A DNA stretch of 63,240 bases, filler included, from Octopus bimaculoides (GCF_001194135.2; 5 parts of 5 records of this genome joined end to end with filler, not necessarily neighbours in it); one strand, 5' to 3'; positions 39,519 to 53,181 are shown, counted from the whole stretch's first letter. Numbers and translations: made by a program. Notes: generated from the letters alone by a model not told the origin.

Positions 39519-40064
39519 AAAGGAGTTTAATTAATGAATATCAATATATGTCAGTTGTCAAAGAGTTGGAGTCAGATATTTTAATCAATGTCATTATTAG
39601 TGAATTACTACAGTTAGAATGTCGCCTACAAAAAATTACCGAATTATCATTATTTCAAATTTTAACGTTCTCAAGAATTAACAATGCTGCGTTGTTGTCA
39701 AATAAAATTTAACAGTTGCTGTAGTCACTTGGATGAAACGTCCACAAAAACCAACAGCTCACTTTTGATTGCTTAATTAAGTATTTTCTTGAAATTTTAT
39801 GCGCATGTATATATGCATTATTGTTTTCTTCAGAGTGGGCCAGTCTTTACATTTTTTTTTTTTTGTATGAAAGTAGGTGGTTTCGAAGTTAGGGGTTTTA
39901 GACATACACTCATAAATTTGTGGGTTCAAATCCAGGAGTACCGCGTAGTGTTCTTAAGCAACCAAGCAAGACACTTCCCAGTAAGATGTAATAGTGTACC
40001 TGCAGCAGTAGCTTGAGACGGACCTGTATTCTGTCCAGTAGGAGTGGAGAGTCTCTTACATTCA

Positions 40065-40378
40065 GTCACTTAAAGACCCCCTTCGGTCATGAATGACCAT
40101 GGGATTGCACCTATAAAATTAGCCTCCGTGGTGTAAGTCCGAGCAAGGTTGTTTTGTGGAATACCAGCAGTCGCCCATGCATACCAGCTTTTCCACCTCT
40201 CCACGCCACCAGTGTTATCCAAGGGAAAGGCTAGGCCAATACAGCTTGGCACCAGTGACATCGCAACTCATTTCTGTAGCTGAGTGAACTGGAGCAACGT
40301 GAAATAAAGTGTCTTGCTCAAGAACACAACACACAGCCTGGTCCGGTGATCGAACTCACTACCTCATCATTGTGCCTA
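40065..40378 (-). mobile_element. CORE-like SINE with an RTE-like 3' tail
   Basis: Minus strand reads TGTGTTCTTGAGCAAGACACTTTATTTCACGTTGCTCCAGTTCACTCAGCT...GCAATCCCATGGTCATTCATGACCGAAGGGG. Confidence 0.65.
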
Positions 40379-41082
40379 GGATCCAGGCTAAGTACTGGCT
40401 CTAATAAGCATATATGCCTAATTCCTGAATATGGAGGAGATTTCACTAACATACCATCGTTAGATTAACTGAATGGATATGACCAGGTAAGTTTGTGGAA
40501 GACCCACACGTTTCTTTATGAGACATTCACAAAGACTAGAACACTCGCTGGTTTTCTTTAAGCCAGATGCTGGCTTTATGGGACATCCGAAAGCCTTTAG
40601 GAACATCTAAGACACCTCGTGTCAATTACAGGCTTACATCTAAAACATTCACGGGCCACTCTGGGAGAACATTCACAAGGTCTGGTGTAACGCGCACAAG
40701 GCTTCTTGAACATCCAATAGTTTCTTCGTGAACATCTACAGGCTTTCTCGTAGAACATCTATAAAGATTTCTTGGCACATCACGTATGTGGTTAATCATT
40801 GCCGTACTTCTAGAGTTCAACCTTTCATGTATGAATATTTAATGTCGGTCCTATTTAACGGGTTTTCAATTAATTTCCTCCACCCAAATCCCATTCACAA
40901 GATACTGGTTAATAAAAAGACATTTCCATCCAGGTGCTGTACAGCATGCTCGAAGCCAGAATCACGTGACAGCAAAGTGAGCTTCTTTGCCATACGCCTA
41001 TGCTTGTGATTACACCCTAAGAATACTGGTAGGCAATCTAGTAATACTATAATGATGAATAGCAAATTTGTTGCTTAGTAGG

Positions 41083-41467
41083 TTGTTGTTGTTGGCACTC
41101 CGTTGCTAACGACGTCGAGGGTTCCAGTTGATACGATCAACGGAACAGCCTGCTCGTGAAATTAACGTGCAAGTGGCTGAGCACTCCACAGACACGTGTA
41201 CCATTAACGTAGTTCTCGGGGATATTCAGCGTGACACAGTGTGACAAGGCTGACCCTTTGAATTACAGGCACAACAGAAACAGGAAGTAAGAGTGAGAGA
41301 AAGTTGTGGTGAAGGAGTACAGCAGGGTTCGCCACCATCCCCTGCCGGAGCCTCATGGAGCTTTAGGTGTTTTCGCTCAATAAACACTCACAACCGTCTG
41401 GGAATCGAAACCGCGATTCTATGACCACGAGTCCGTTGCTCTAACCACCGGGCCATGGCGCCTCCAC
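41083..41467 (-). mobile_element. SINE family B, full length, with TSD
   Basis: 12-bp TSD TGCTTAGTAGGT at 41072-41083 and 41469-41480. Confidence 0.93.
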
Positions 41468-41607
41468 CTGCTTAGTAGGTATATTTTCTGAAATATCAAA
41501 AAGCAATGGTGAAGTTGCATAGATATACGTGCAAGTATCTAGCATAAACACAAAGGTAGATGCACGCGGTTGTGTGAGCATTTGGAAGTTTGTACTATTT
41601 TTATTAT

Positions 41608-41745
41608 GTAACTGGCACTCCGTCGGTTACGACGACGAGAGTCCCAGTTGATGCGATCAACAGAAAAGCCTACTCGCGAAATTAACGTGCAAGTAGGTTA
41701 GCAATCTACAGACGCGCATACCCTTTACGTAGTTCTCGGCGAGTT
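41608..41745 (-). mobile_element. SINE family B 3' fragment, diverged
   Basis: TGGCACTCCGTCGGTTACGACGACGAG...AAATTAACGTGCAAG. Confidence 0.8.
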
Positions 41746-44121
41746 CAGGGAATTCAATTTCACCACCAAGATGGAGGTCTACAATTTATTAGTCAAAACG
41801 CCTCTTACATTCCAGTGAGTCCTGAAGAGATTCTAGGAGGGAAACGTCATCTCAATCACCAAAACGTGATGTTGCTCCGTAGCTCCCTGAATGTCCGCTA
41901 GTATGAGCATATCCACCTACCTCTCTTTAAGTATATGAGTGAGGAACCTTGGACTGGAGAGAACTTGGTAGACACTTCGGACTCCAAAGACCGGACGCGA
42001 ATAGACGTACAAAGCAATCTTGAGTTGCTTTGGCCATATACGACAAACAAGGGCGGACAACGTATACAAATAAATGGCAGAATTAATTCGTGAAATGATA
42101 TGCCGCTAGAGATTGTTTGGTGAAACTGTATGTCTGCCTCTCTGTCCATATGTATGTACGGCTATCATGTTTGCATATATGTATGTATATATGTGTATGT
42201 ATATATACATATATATATATACACACACATATATACAGTGTATGTGTATATATATATATATATATATNNNNNNNNNNNNNNNNNNNNNNNNNNNNNNNNN
42301 NNNNNNNNNNNTTAATTAATTAANNNNNNNNNNNNNNNNNNNNNNNNNNNNNNNNNNNNNNNNNNNNATATATATATATATATATATATATACTTTATAC
42401 ACTTTATGCACAATTTTGTAGGCTTAATGCACAGCACTCATAAGCTAAATATTCACTCATATTTTTTCCATTTTTCTCTTAAACAGAAAAAAATTACATT
42501 TTAAAATTTACATGGTCAAGAAAAAAGATTATGTTATATGTAAAATATAGGGATCACAATTTCACGAGGGTAAACATGTAATACAACATAGCATATACTG
42601 AAAACCACATAGTTGGTAACTTATAAGCCAAGGCGATGTGTCAGAACCTATACACATTTCAATTTGTGTACACCTTTCAATCGAATACTTTTTTTGCAGA
42701 CTATGCTCTTCGTGTATGTTCTCCCTCTACTTTTTCCATATTTGTCAGTGGTGACAACTTCATCGGATCAGATAATTTGCATTCCCTTGAGAATGCAAAA
42801 TATTGCTAACCATGGCCGAATACAGGTTCAGGCAAGAACAGCCCCACTTTATCAAATGTTTGCCCTTGTGATATATTGATAGTCACTGCATATGACAGGC
42901 AAACGGGAAATTGTTTTCTTTCTAAAGTGGATGTTAAGTTTGGGATTCACGTGCGTTAAGTTTTAGGTGATACAGAAAATTTAGTTCATTTTTTTAAAAT
43001 TGTTTTTCGCTAAGCACTCACCATCGACAGCTCCACCACTACACACAGACACACACACTCACACGCATGTATATATATATATATATATATNNNNNNNNNN
43101 NNNNNNNNNNNNNNNNNNNNNNNNNNNNNNNNNNNNNNNNNNNNNNNNNNNNNNNNNNNNNNNNNNNNNNNNNNNNNNNNNNNNNNNNNNNNNNNNNNNN
43201 NNNNNNNNNNNNNNNNNNNNNNNNNNNNNNNNNNNNNNNNNNNNNNNNNNNNNNNNNNNNNNNNNNNNNNNNNNNNNNNNNNNNNNNNNNNNNNNNNNNN
43301 NNNNNNNNNNNNNNNNNNNNNNNNNNNNNNNNNNNNNNNNNNNNNNNNNNNNNNNNNNNNNNNNNNNNNNNNNNNNNNNNNNNNNNNNNNNNNNNNNATA
43401 TATAACATTTGCATATTTCTATATTTTGTGTGAATATTTTTGTTTGTGTGTGTGTATATATGACTATATCTATGTCTGTCTGAGTAACTGCGAGCTTGTA
43501 GAAAAGCTGGAGATATGTGATCACGTATGCATCTATAATCACCCTAAATGTCCAAACGTTTTCGTTCAGTTCTACAAAGAATGACTTATGTATGCAGTCT
43601 TCAACCGCAGAATTAACATTATTCCCCGATAAAATCTATTGCTTTTCAGCAACACCCAAATTTTTTAACTACATTGCCTTTTTTTTTAATGAAATATTAT
43701 ATATTCTAAATATTTCTCCCTCGCCATTCTCTACTTAATCACGAATCTCATACAGCTACAATGATCTACCACGTTAGTTAGAAGCAGGCACCTACGACAT
43801 GTCAACTAAATTTATTCAATTAAATTTATCCAATTGAGTAAACGAAATTTATTCAAATGGTAAAAATTGGTCGTCTAGATTACATTCTCTCTAAAAGCTT
43901 CTAAAAATAACGTATATCAATTCTGTATTATTAAACATATTATGGATCATACACATACAAAAATACAGGTATACACGCGTGCGCATACACGGACATATGA
44001 ATATATGCGTACATGCCTATATACATCTAAGAATATACAAATATGCATGTACATATAGGTACACATTTACACGTGCGCATTCACGCGCGCGCACACACAC
44101 ACATACACATGCACACACACT

Positions 44122-44154
<33 letters not shown>

Positions 44155-44387
44155 ACACACACACATACATACACATTCATAAAATAAAGCAATTTAATTT
44201 TTGCATTCTGATTCAGCCTTGTAAATACATGCACGGGTTTATGTGTGTGAGTGTGTGTGTGTGAGTGTGTGTGTGTGAGTGTGTGTGTGTGAGTGTGTGT
44301 GTGTGAGTGTGTGTGTGTGAGTGTGTGTGTGTGTGGGGGGGGTGTTTGTGCGCATGTGCGTATACATATACGCACACATACACATAT

Positions 44388-44620
44388 CTGGCGAGCTGGC
44401 AGAATCGTTAGCACGCCGGGTGAAATGCTTAACAGTATTTCGTCCGCCGCTACGTTCTGAGTTCAAATTCCGCCGTGGTCGACTTAGCCTTTCATCCTTT
44501 CGGGGTCGATAAATTAAGTACCAGTTACGCACCGGGGTCGATGTAATCGACTTAATCCGCTTGTCTGTCCTTGTTTGTCCCCTCTGTGTGTAGCCCCTTG
44601 TGGGTAGTAAAGAAACAACA
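44388..44620 (+). mobile_element. SINE family C copy, well preserved
   Basis: GGCGAGCTGGCAGAATCGTTAGCACGCCGGG...GCCTTTCATCCTTTCGGGGTCGATAAATTAAGTACCAG. Confidence 0.88.
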
Positions 44621-44711
44621 CACATATCTGATATGTGTCTGTGTCTATGTTTGAAAAATACTGGGAAATTTACCAATGTGTAGAAATAAATTCAAACATT
44701 TAATAGTAGCA

Positions 44712-44956
<245 letters not shown>

Positions 44957-44984
44957 AAGAAGAAGAAGAAGAAGAAGAAGAAGA

Positions 44985-45095
44985 CTGTGCAAATGTGGAG
45001 CAAGGATATAGGGAAGGAATTCGGTGTCACGAAGTGTGCATTGCTTCCTTTGAAGTGAGGGAAAAGAGTAAACTGTAGGGCAAAGAATTGCCAAA
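44985..45095 (+). mobile_element. R4/Dong-like RT fragment
   Basis: WSKDIGKEFGVTKCALLPLK*GKRV resembles the FSxDIxMxFGxxKCAxLxxKRGK motif. Confidence 0.55.
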
Positions 45096-45174
45096 AGTGC
45101 CGCCCATTTAAAAGTTCCACTCGGGGCGAACCGCCCCTGCTGCCGCTCCCCATAGCTACGCTAGTGTTCGCAGG

Positions 45175-45414
45175 TCATATACACTGATAGGGCCATTTTT
45201 CGGGTTTCCGTGGAGTATGAACTCCCCATTGGACGGGGGGCCGGTCTGTCACGAGATTACTCAGTTTGCCATCTGAGTGGATTGGAGCCACGTGAAATGA
45301 AGTGATTTGCTTAAAAACGCAGCTCGTTTTCCGGTCGAGGAATCGAAATCACAATCTTACGATCATGAATCCAACACCCAAAACACTAAGCCACACTAAG
45401 ACAGCCGCCTCCAC
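45175..45414 (-). mobile_element. CORE-like SINE, diverged
   Basis: Minus-strand head GTGGAGGCGGCTG..GTGGCTTAGTG...GTGATTTCGATTCC, then TTAAGCAAATCACTTCATTTCACGTGGCTCCA. Confidence 0.6.
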
Positions 45415-46989
45415 ACCCAGAATGGATTGGAAATAGGTAGAGCAGCTGACCATGGAAATAGATAGATCTTCTGACCATGATTCGAAAGAGCAGATGCATC
45501 TAACTTTTGTGGTGAGATGCAATGTGAGGTATGAAATCAAATCGACAATTAATTTATCATAAATATCGAATATGATGTAGGCATTGATCACCTCTACTTG
45601 ACTTTCCAGGGTATCTAACTCTCTTGCCATTACTGAGAGAGTTACGTAACTCTTTTCTTACGGTCATCTCAAACCCAATGGCTATAATGAAACAGACCGA
45701 CGCATCAGCATCATACGATATCCTAACCGCTGGCCAGTGTCGATTTTCTTTCTCTGTGAGCTGAACTGAAAACTCCCTGCATATTCTTGATATCATCACG
45801 TTTTCCTTTAGTGCAAAATTATTGCAGCATTGGATACGCCGCTGCTGTTACTGCTTCTACTGATTTCATTTCTCCAAGGTACTAATGGCAGGGAATTGAT
45901 CAACGTATGGCGAAAAGACTCTCTGAAATTCCAACTCAGAATGCTCCTGACCTTTAAGAACAAAAAAGTATATATTAAAGCGCCGAGAGAGAATATTCTT
46001 TCAGCATCGAGCAGAAGCTTTGTAAAAGGTTCTGATCAGTAAAGAACTGCATTCTATGGATGAAGAATGCAGCAATCCAGCCCTTGTAGAGCAAAGCGAA
46101 TCCGACTGCCATTAGAATAGCTGTCAATATGCGATGGTCGAAATGCCAAATGGTTTTGTGATATAAATTAAGCAAAGGCCACACACCGTCCTCACCCTAT
46201 ATTGAAATTTTATTCTAGATTCTTCTCTCTCAAAGTTATCGCATATTTTAGATTCCAAGAATTTAACTGTTCTACCTTTTCTTTTATATTCTCATTCCCA
46301 TTTTCTATATTATTATTTTTCCCTTCCCATACCCGTTCTTTCTCTATTGACAGAATAACGATTTAATAGAATTGAACATACTCTTGATCTTCAACGCTTT
46401 GAATCAACGAGAATACATCAAAATAATCGACCAACGTACTAGAAATAGCAGCCAATTTCTCTCAATATGCATCATAGCATTTTAACTACAGCAACGTAGT
46501 GTTACATACTCATAAAAATACCGGATGATCACAGGTGGAAATCCTTTGATCAAACCACTTCAAGACTTGGACTTATCTGTGGTTAAGCGGCACCAGCTCT
46601 TTATCTTTATCATTCGGGTTTCATATGGACCTTGGGAGTCCATATATGATTTTGTTGTTAAAATTTATGCGTAATGTATTGCTTATACTTCTACAAAATA
46701 TATTAATTTTTTATACAATTCCGAATAATATCTAATTATCAAAATGCAGTTGGGTTATTTTATATATACATCAAGTGGCAATGGAGATCCAGTAGAGGAA
46801 ATTAGGAATTGATGGGGCCCATAAGCAAAAATTGGTTGAGAAACGGCAGTTCGATCGCATTAGCTCTTCTCGACCTGAGAGAGGTACGTAACTCTTCTCT
46901 TACAGTCATCTCAAACCCTATGGCTATAATGAAACAGACCGTCGCATCAGCATCAGACGATATCCTAACCGCTGACCAGTGTCGATTTT

Positions 46990-47200
46990 TTTTCCAAAAG
47001 GTTACTATATCCGGCCTTCGGTGCTCTAAAACCTTGTCTGTCTGGACGTCAAAGTCCCAGAGGATTTTTGCCTTTTCTTTCATAACCTTTTCCAGTGTAT
47101 GTAGGTACCAAACACCCGTTACATCGTATCCATAATTTCGGCATAGTAACCTTCTGTTCAGTAACACCAATTCTGCCTAACCTGAAGTTCATTCGTTGTC
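46990..47200 (-). mobile_element. R4/Dong-like restriction-like endonuclease fragment
   Basis: Reads LCRNYGYDVTGVWYLHTLEKVMKEKAKILWDFDVQTDKVLEHRRPDIV. Confidence 0.75.
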
Positions 47201-47384
47201 AAGTAACATCAACTCCTCCCAATATGTGGATAAATAATATCAGCTCTTTTCGATCTGTTAATGGCAGTTATGTAACATCAGCTCTTTTTGATTTAGGGTT
47301 GACTCGCCATTAAGTAACATCAACATTTTTGAAGTGTTGTCAGATATTATTAACGCGACCTCATTTCTTTCTGTAGACTAGGTG

Positions 47385-47762
47385 TAACTTCCTAACCACA
47401 TGGATATGGATTCAGTCACCTTGGGTAAGTGTCACTTACCCCAGGTGTCACCTTAGGTCAATGTCTTCTACTAAAGCCCTAGCCGACCAAAAACTTGCGA
47501 GTGGATTTGGTGGACAGCAAATAAACGAAACCTGACGCGCACGCGCGTGTTTGCGTGTGTGTGTGCTTGCTTGTTTCCCCCCCCCCACCACCACTTCTTG
47601 ACAACCGGCATCGGTTTGTTAACACTCCCTAGTCTTAGCGGTTCAGCAAAAGACACCGACAGGATAAGTACGGGTTCGATTCCTTCGACTCAAGCCTTTA
47701 AGGCATAGGTGCCCCAGCATGGCCGTAGTCCAATGACTGAAACAAGTAAAAGCTAAAAGCTA
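47385..47762 (+). mobile_element. SINE family A, diverged, rearranged head
   Basis: CCGACCAAAAACTTGCGAGTGGATTTGG...CAGCATGGCCGTAGTCCAATGACTGAAACAAGTAAAAG. Confidence 0.8.
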
Positions 47763-48304
47763 ATCTTATAATTAACATTGGTAAATATATTTTTAAAAAA
47801 GTAAGAAGATAATTTTTAAAACGAAAAGGAATTTCTGTAAACATGTGTTATATAAAATTTCAATAATGGCATTCAACAATGTGACGCTGGAAGAGAAGAT
47901 AAAGAATCTGTATGGAAAAATTTCATCTTGAACAGTGGAATATGTATTTCAGAGTTCACCAAGTAACTACGAAAAAACTATTAAATAAATTATAAGTGTA
48001 CAAAAGAGGAAACGAATATAAAATTAAATGTGTATATAAATGGATAGATAAATCGCCACATCAATTAAAGTAAGCGACCAGTTTGATGGCAACAACAGGA
48101 ACAGCAATAATAGGGAAAATAATAACGAATGGATGGGATGAAAAAATAAATGAACGAAGAGATGGGATGAAAAAATAAAATGGACGCATTGAGAGGAAGG
48201 AATCTAGTGAGTTTAATATATTTGAAGGAAAACAGGGGGAAAAAAAAAGAATACATAATAATACAGAAAATAACCAAGGAAACTAGTTACTGTCAATAAT
48301 ATCA

Positions 48305-48440
48305 GTTATGATGATGAAAAAAGGGAAGAAGAAAAGGAAGGGAGGAGGAGGAGAAGAAGGAGGAGAGGAAGGAGGGGTGTTGGAGATGGTGGTGGTAGTG
48401 AAGGTGGTGATAATGACAACGATGATGGTGATGGTGGTGG

Positions 48441-48478
<38 letters not shown>

Positions 48479-48851
48479 GAGAAGGAGGAGGAGTAAAAGA
48501 AGGAGGAGGAGGAGGAGGAGGAGGAGAAAAAGAAGAAGAAGAAGAAGAAGAAGAAGAAGACGAAGAAGAAGAAGAAGAAGAAGAAGAAGAAGAAGAAGAA
48601 GAAGAAGAAGACAACGAGGATAACGAAGATGTTCTTTTTTGCCGGTGTTCATAGTGACGATGATGATGATGATGATGATGATGGCGAGTGATGACGATGA
48701 CGATGATGCTGATGCTGATGATGGGAAGGTGAAGAAGAAAGAGCACAGTGAAGATTCTGGCAGCGGCGGCAGTGGTAGTGGTGGTGGTGGTGGTGGTGGT
48801 GGTGGTGGTGGTTTCTGGTGCTGGTAGTGATGTGATGATGAAGAGAAAGAG
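48305..48851. repeat. Compound trinucleotide microsatellite (GGA/GAT/GAA/GGT)
   Basis: Successive pure and interrupted triplet runs next to a gap. Confidence 0.95.
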
Positions 48852-49150
48852 NNNNNNNNNNNNNNNNNNNNNNNNNNNNNNNNNNNNNNNNNNNNNNNNN
48901 NNNNNNNNNNNNNNNNNNNNNNNNNNNNNNNNNNNNNNNNNNNNNNNNNNNNNNNNNNNNNNNNNNNNNNNNNNNNNNNNNNNNNNNNNNNNNNNNNNNN
49001 NNNNNNNNNNNNNNNNNNNNNNNNNNNNNNNNNNNNNNNNNNNNNNNNNNNNNNNNNNNNNNNNNNNNNNNNNNNNNNNNNNNNNNNNNNNNNNNNNNNN
49101 NNNNNNNNNNNNNNNNNNNNNNNNNNNNNNNNNNNNNNNNNNNNNNNNNN

Positions 49151-49249
<99 letters not shown>

Positions 49250-50849
49250 GGGGAGAGAGGGGGAGAGAGAGAGATTACATATATACATATAAATATGCAT
49301 CTAGCTGAAAAACTTGTTACGTCAATTGGGATTGTTATATAATGTTGGAAAATTTTAAATCAAAAAAGAATTTTCTAAAAATCGTAAGAAGAAAAACGTT
49401 GCTTGCATGTGAAAAAAAGTTTCGCATTATTTTAGCATTTTAGTTTTTAAATAAAAGTCAAATAAACAGCCAAACGACAATTGCAAGAAATCGAATATGA
49501 CACTCGTTAGCTGGATTCATAGAATATAAGAATATTTTATTATAAACTTGATAAGAGTTGCAGTAGTTGAGTGATCGATGTGAGCAAGATCTGTCTATTA
49601 GTATTGTGTTTTTCTATTTTGTATTCTATCGCAAAATGTTTTGAAAATAATAATCTGTAAACTTTGAGATAAATTTATCTCAGAAGTTAATTTGCTGCAG
49701 ACTTTGTGCTCTATTCCAGAAGAAATGTTATGCGTCTCATTATATCTAGGGAACACAAAAAAATAGATGTTTCTAGAAAAGATATATTATTAGAGTATGT
49801 TTAATGTGGTAGGTTAGTGAAAGAGAATAAGGGTAAAAAAATAGTGCTTTTATTTTCAGGGGTCGGGTGTTTACCGCTGACGATGGGCACGAGTAGCCCG
49901 AAGCTATAACATGGTAGGGGTTCGCTCCCCTGCTTGCATATGTATATCGTGCGCAGATTACATCGATAACCAGCTGGAAGAGGCTCTTGCTAGGGTTAAG
50001 AAGAGTAGTAACATCGAACAGGCATATTGATGTGTTGATATACATTACTTCTCAATATAACTACTACTTTCATCTCTTATAGAGATTTTCTAAACTGTCC
50101 GTTGTTATTTGGAAACTAAGAACTGTGAAAAACGGCAGAAATCGAGGGAAAGCTTACGCGGTAATACACTGCTAGAAATCTCAGCCTTTATTTGAATTGT
50201 TGAACCACTGCCCTCATGCCTTTAACTTTCATAGCTCTCAGAGTTCTGATATGAAATGTATATTATGTGTTTTATTATCCTAACTGTATTCCTTTCCAGA
50301 ACTACGCACATGTAATGTTATCTTCCATCATTTTGCACTGATCACGCGCGTAATGTAGAAACAGTCCGTCTTCAGAAATAATTTTATTATTGACGTACAT
50401 TTTATTTCACCATAGTAATTAAAAAAAACAAAAAGACGTACGCTTCGTTTTCCTACACAAAAGAATAGAATAATCGCAAAAAAATATATTTATTTATACA
50501 TGCACAAACTCACGCACACGCCTCCACCGGCAACTCACATACACACACGTACGTACATACATGCATACAAGCATGTATATGTCAAAATAATACACCTGCT
50601 TTTTGCTTCCTCACCTGTCTTCGCTGCAGTTGTTAGCATAAAGTTTAGTGTTCACAACACGACTAGCTGGGATAAGCTCGAAATTCCACCAAACACACTA
50701 CATGATAATTCTGTTCAAACCGCCCTTGCTTGGCAATAGGTTGTGAAGCTTGGCCAAAAAACCGCCATTTATTTGTCTTATTAGGATTACGAAAATAGAT
50801 CTATTTTTATCCCCAGTTACAATTCGACGTGAAAAACGGGCATATGGCG

Positions 50850-51250
50850 GTTTTGTAGGCAGTTGGTTATAAATAATGACACGTCGTTAAGCCTGGTCAT
50901 TGGTCAGTTCATGGGAAGCTTCTAAGCAACCTCCGTTCACAAGGCCAAACTGTTGGAGTTATCGATTGTTGATGCTTGAGAAGGACTGTGCTCTGCCGAC
51001 AATGTACGAGTGCTGTTGTTCAACCATTCCAGCAAAGCCTCACCTACCACAACAGAACATCTCTCTGGCCTTGGTTTGTTTTCGAGACTGGTATCACCTT
51101 CTTTGAGACGTCTGAAATGGTTTTGTGCCACGCGTTCGTCGACAGTCCCCGACCCCACCACATTATTAATTTCTTTGCCGCTGCTCTTGCACTCAGTCCT
51201 TTTTTTTTTTCCACATGTAGCGTAAAATGGCGTTAATTGCAATGAAAATG
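50850..51250 (-). mobile_element. Mariner transposase N-terminal fragment
   Basis: KEINNVVGSGTVDERVAQNHFRRLKEGDTSLENKPRPERCSVV matches the mariner GTVxERTAQxWFxRFKxGDxSLEDxPRSGRP motif. Confidence 0.85.
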
Positions 51251-51273
51251 AAGAATGAACAATTCAGCCACAA

Positions 51274-52010
51274 CTAGACGAACAGTTGTATCAAATTGGT
51301 GATCTAATATAGGGAGACAAGTTGCTAAAAGTCATCAGTGATATTCCGAAAAAAAAAAAAAATTACTGAAACATTTTTCGTCAAATTTCGACATTTTTCA
51401 AGAATTTAAAATCTAAGTTAATGGATAGGATCAATTTGACGAAAAAATTAGCAGAGTCTGGTAACGAACCCGTGTCGTCGTCATTTTTGTGCATGTGAGT
51501 GAAATGGCGAAATTTTACACTTTGAGGCAGATTTCGTCAAATTGATGCCGACGGTCAGTGCGCAAAATGCCTAAATTTTGCTTGAGAAATAAAATGGTCT
51601 TACCTAATGAAAACCTGAAAGGCTCAGGAATTAAAACAACGAATTGAAATAATAAATCTTAGCAAATCAAAAGAATTCGCATTGAAATGAAGAATTAGCA
51701 AATGCTAAATAGATTACCTTTAATAAGATGTCTCTTTATAGCCATGAAACATTTTTCGTCAAATTTCGGAATTTTTCGTAAAATTGATGATACGATGGCT
51801 AATGCAAAAAAATGCCGAAATTTTACGATTTTTGAAAAATCGATGCTGTTTAAAAATCGATTTTTTAAAAATTCCAAGTGCATAAGTAACCGCATGGACA
51901 TAAGCCCCCCACACATGTCAAATTTCATCAAAGTCTGTTGGATAGTCTCGGAGGAGTTAAAATAACAAATTCACAAACACACAAACTTGCCGTTTATTAT
52001 TATAGATAGA
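51274..52010 (-). mobile_element. Non-autonomous Helitron/Helentron-like element
   Basis: Minus-strand start TCTATCTATAATAATAAAC..GTTTGTGTGTTTGT and GACTTTGATGAAATTTGACA. Internal repeats ACATTTTTCGTCAAATTTCG; a possible CTAG end at 51274-51277, which is uncertain. Confidence 0.5.
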
Positions 52011-52269
52011 AACTACTACTAACAGATTTAAAACTACCAGAATCTATTTATTTTGAAGATGGGAACTATTATTATAAACGTCATAATCTCCACACTGTCG
52101 AAGTCATAATAGTGCGTTGCTGTTTAAGTAATTTTCCAAAACAATACTTTTAATTTTTTTTAATTAATGTTTTTAAAGAACAATGAGTTTGTATGCAGGT
52201 TTTCATTATATAAGCATCTGTCTTGATGCATACTTGTACACATATGTACACTCATAAACACAAATATTC

Positions 52270-52718
52270 TTCATTCTTTTTCGTGTTTCAGTCATTTGAC
52301 TGCGGTCATGCTGGGGCACCACATTGAATGGTTTTAGTCGAACAAAACGACCCCAGGACTAATTTCTTAAGCCTAGTACTTGTTTTATCGGAACATTTGC
52401 CGAACAGCTATATTACGGGGTTGTAAACAAACTGACAGCGGTTGTCAAGCGGTGATGGGAGGGGGAACAAACACAGACACAAAGACCCCACACACACATA
52501 AATATATACATAAATAAATACATGCACACACACACACACATATACATTTATGTATACACGACGGGCTTTTTACAGTTTCCGTCAACCACATCTACTCACA
52601 AGGCTTTGATCATCCTGAGGCTATAGTAGAATACACTTGTGCAAAGTGCCACGCAGTGGGGCTGAACCCGGAACTATGTTCTTAGGAAGCAAGTTTCTTA
52701 AAATACGATCACACCTGC
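52270..52718 (-). mobile_element. SINE family A, full length, diverged
   Basis: Same layout as 1580-2022. Confidence 0.88.
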
Positions 52719-53127
52719 GACATTTGCGATGGAATGGTTAAGACCGGGAGTCTTTGGTTGCTGGTTTAAATCGATCAGTGCTGACCTAAACAAATCGAAA
52801 ACTTCGATTTCTGTTTAGACGTTGTTTCAGTTTGATAATATCGCACTTGAAACGTGCAGAATGCAAAAGAGAGTCCTGAGGATTACATAGACAGAGGGTT
52901 TCTGAAAATTATTTTTAAATTTCAATAAATTCCTGTGGAATTGTATATTATGAATTCTTTTGAAAATAATTTTGGATTAATTCGAAGGTCTGCAGGCATC
53001 GAATTTAATGCCTAACTGTATATAGCCTCGTCTCTCTCTTCCTTCAAAATTCGTTTCTGTAAAAGTCTATCGTCTTTTCTCTTCTTCCTAGATGGAAAAT
53101 ATTTATCGCTACATTGATGTTTTATAC

Positions 53128-53181
53128 CAGTGATTCCCAACCTCTTTCAAAGTGGTTCCCAACAGTGGCTCCCAAACCTTT
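53128..53181 (+). mobile_element. hAT (Charlie-like) TIR remnant, triplicated
   Basis: CAGTGATTCCCAACCT, AGTGGTTCCCAA and CAGTGGCTCCCAAACCTTTT. Confidence 0.45.

Noticed and set aside
41750-42115. GC-richer stretch with open frames on both strands
   Set aside because: No recognisable motif or splice boundaries. It is probably an old repeat, and there is too little to call.
45830-46042. ORF resembling a signal peptide (LLLLLLLISFLQGTNG)
   Set aside because: It starts at TTG rather than ATG, the Leu run comes from CTG/CTT repeats, and there is no recognisable homology.
48302-48851. Poly-Ser/Glu/His/Gly ORFs
   Set aside because: These are translated triplet microsatellites, open in several frames on both strands, with no domain or splice support.
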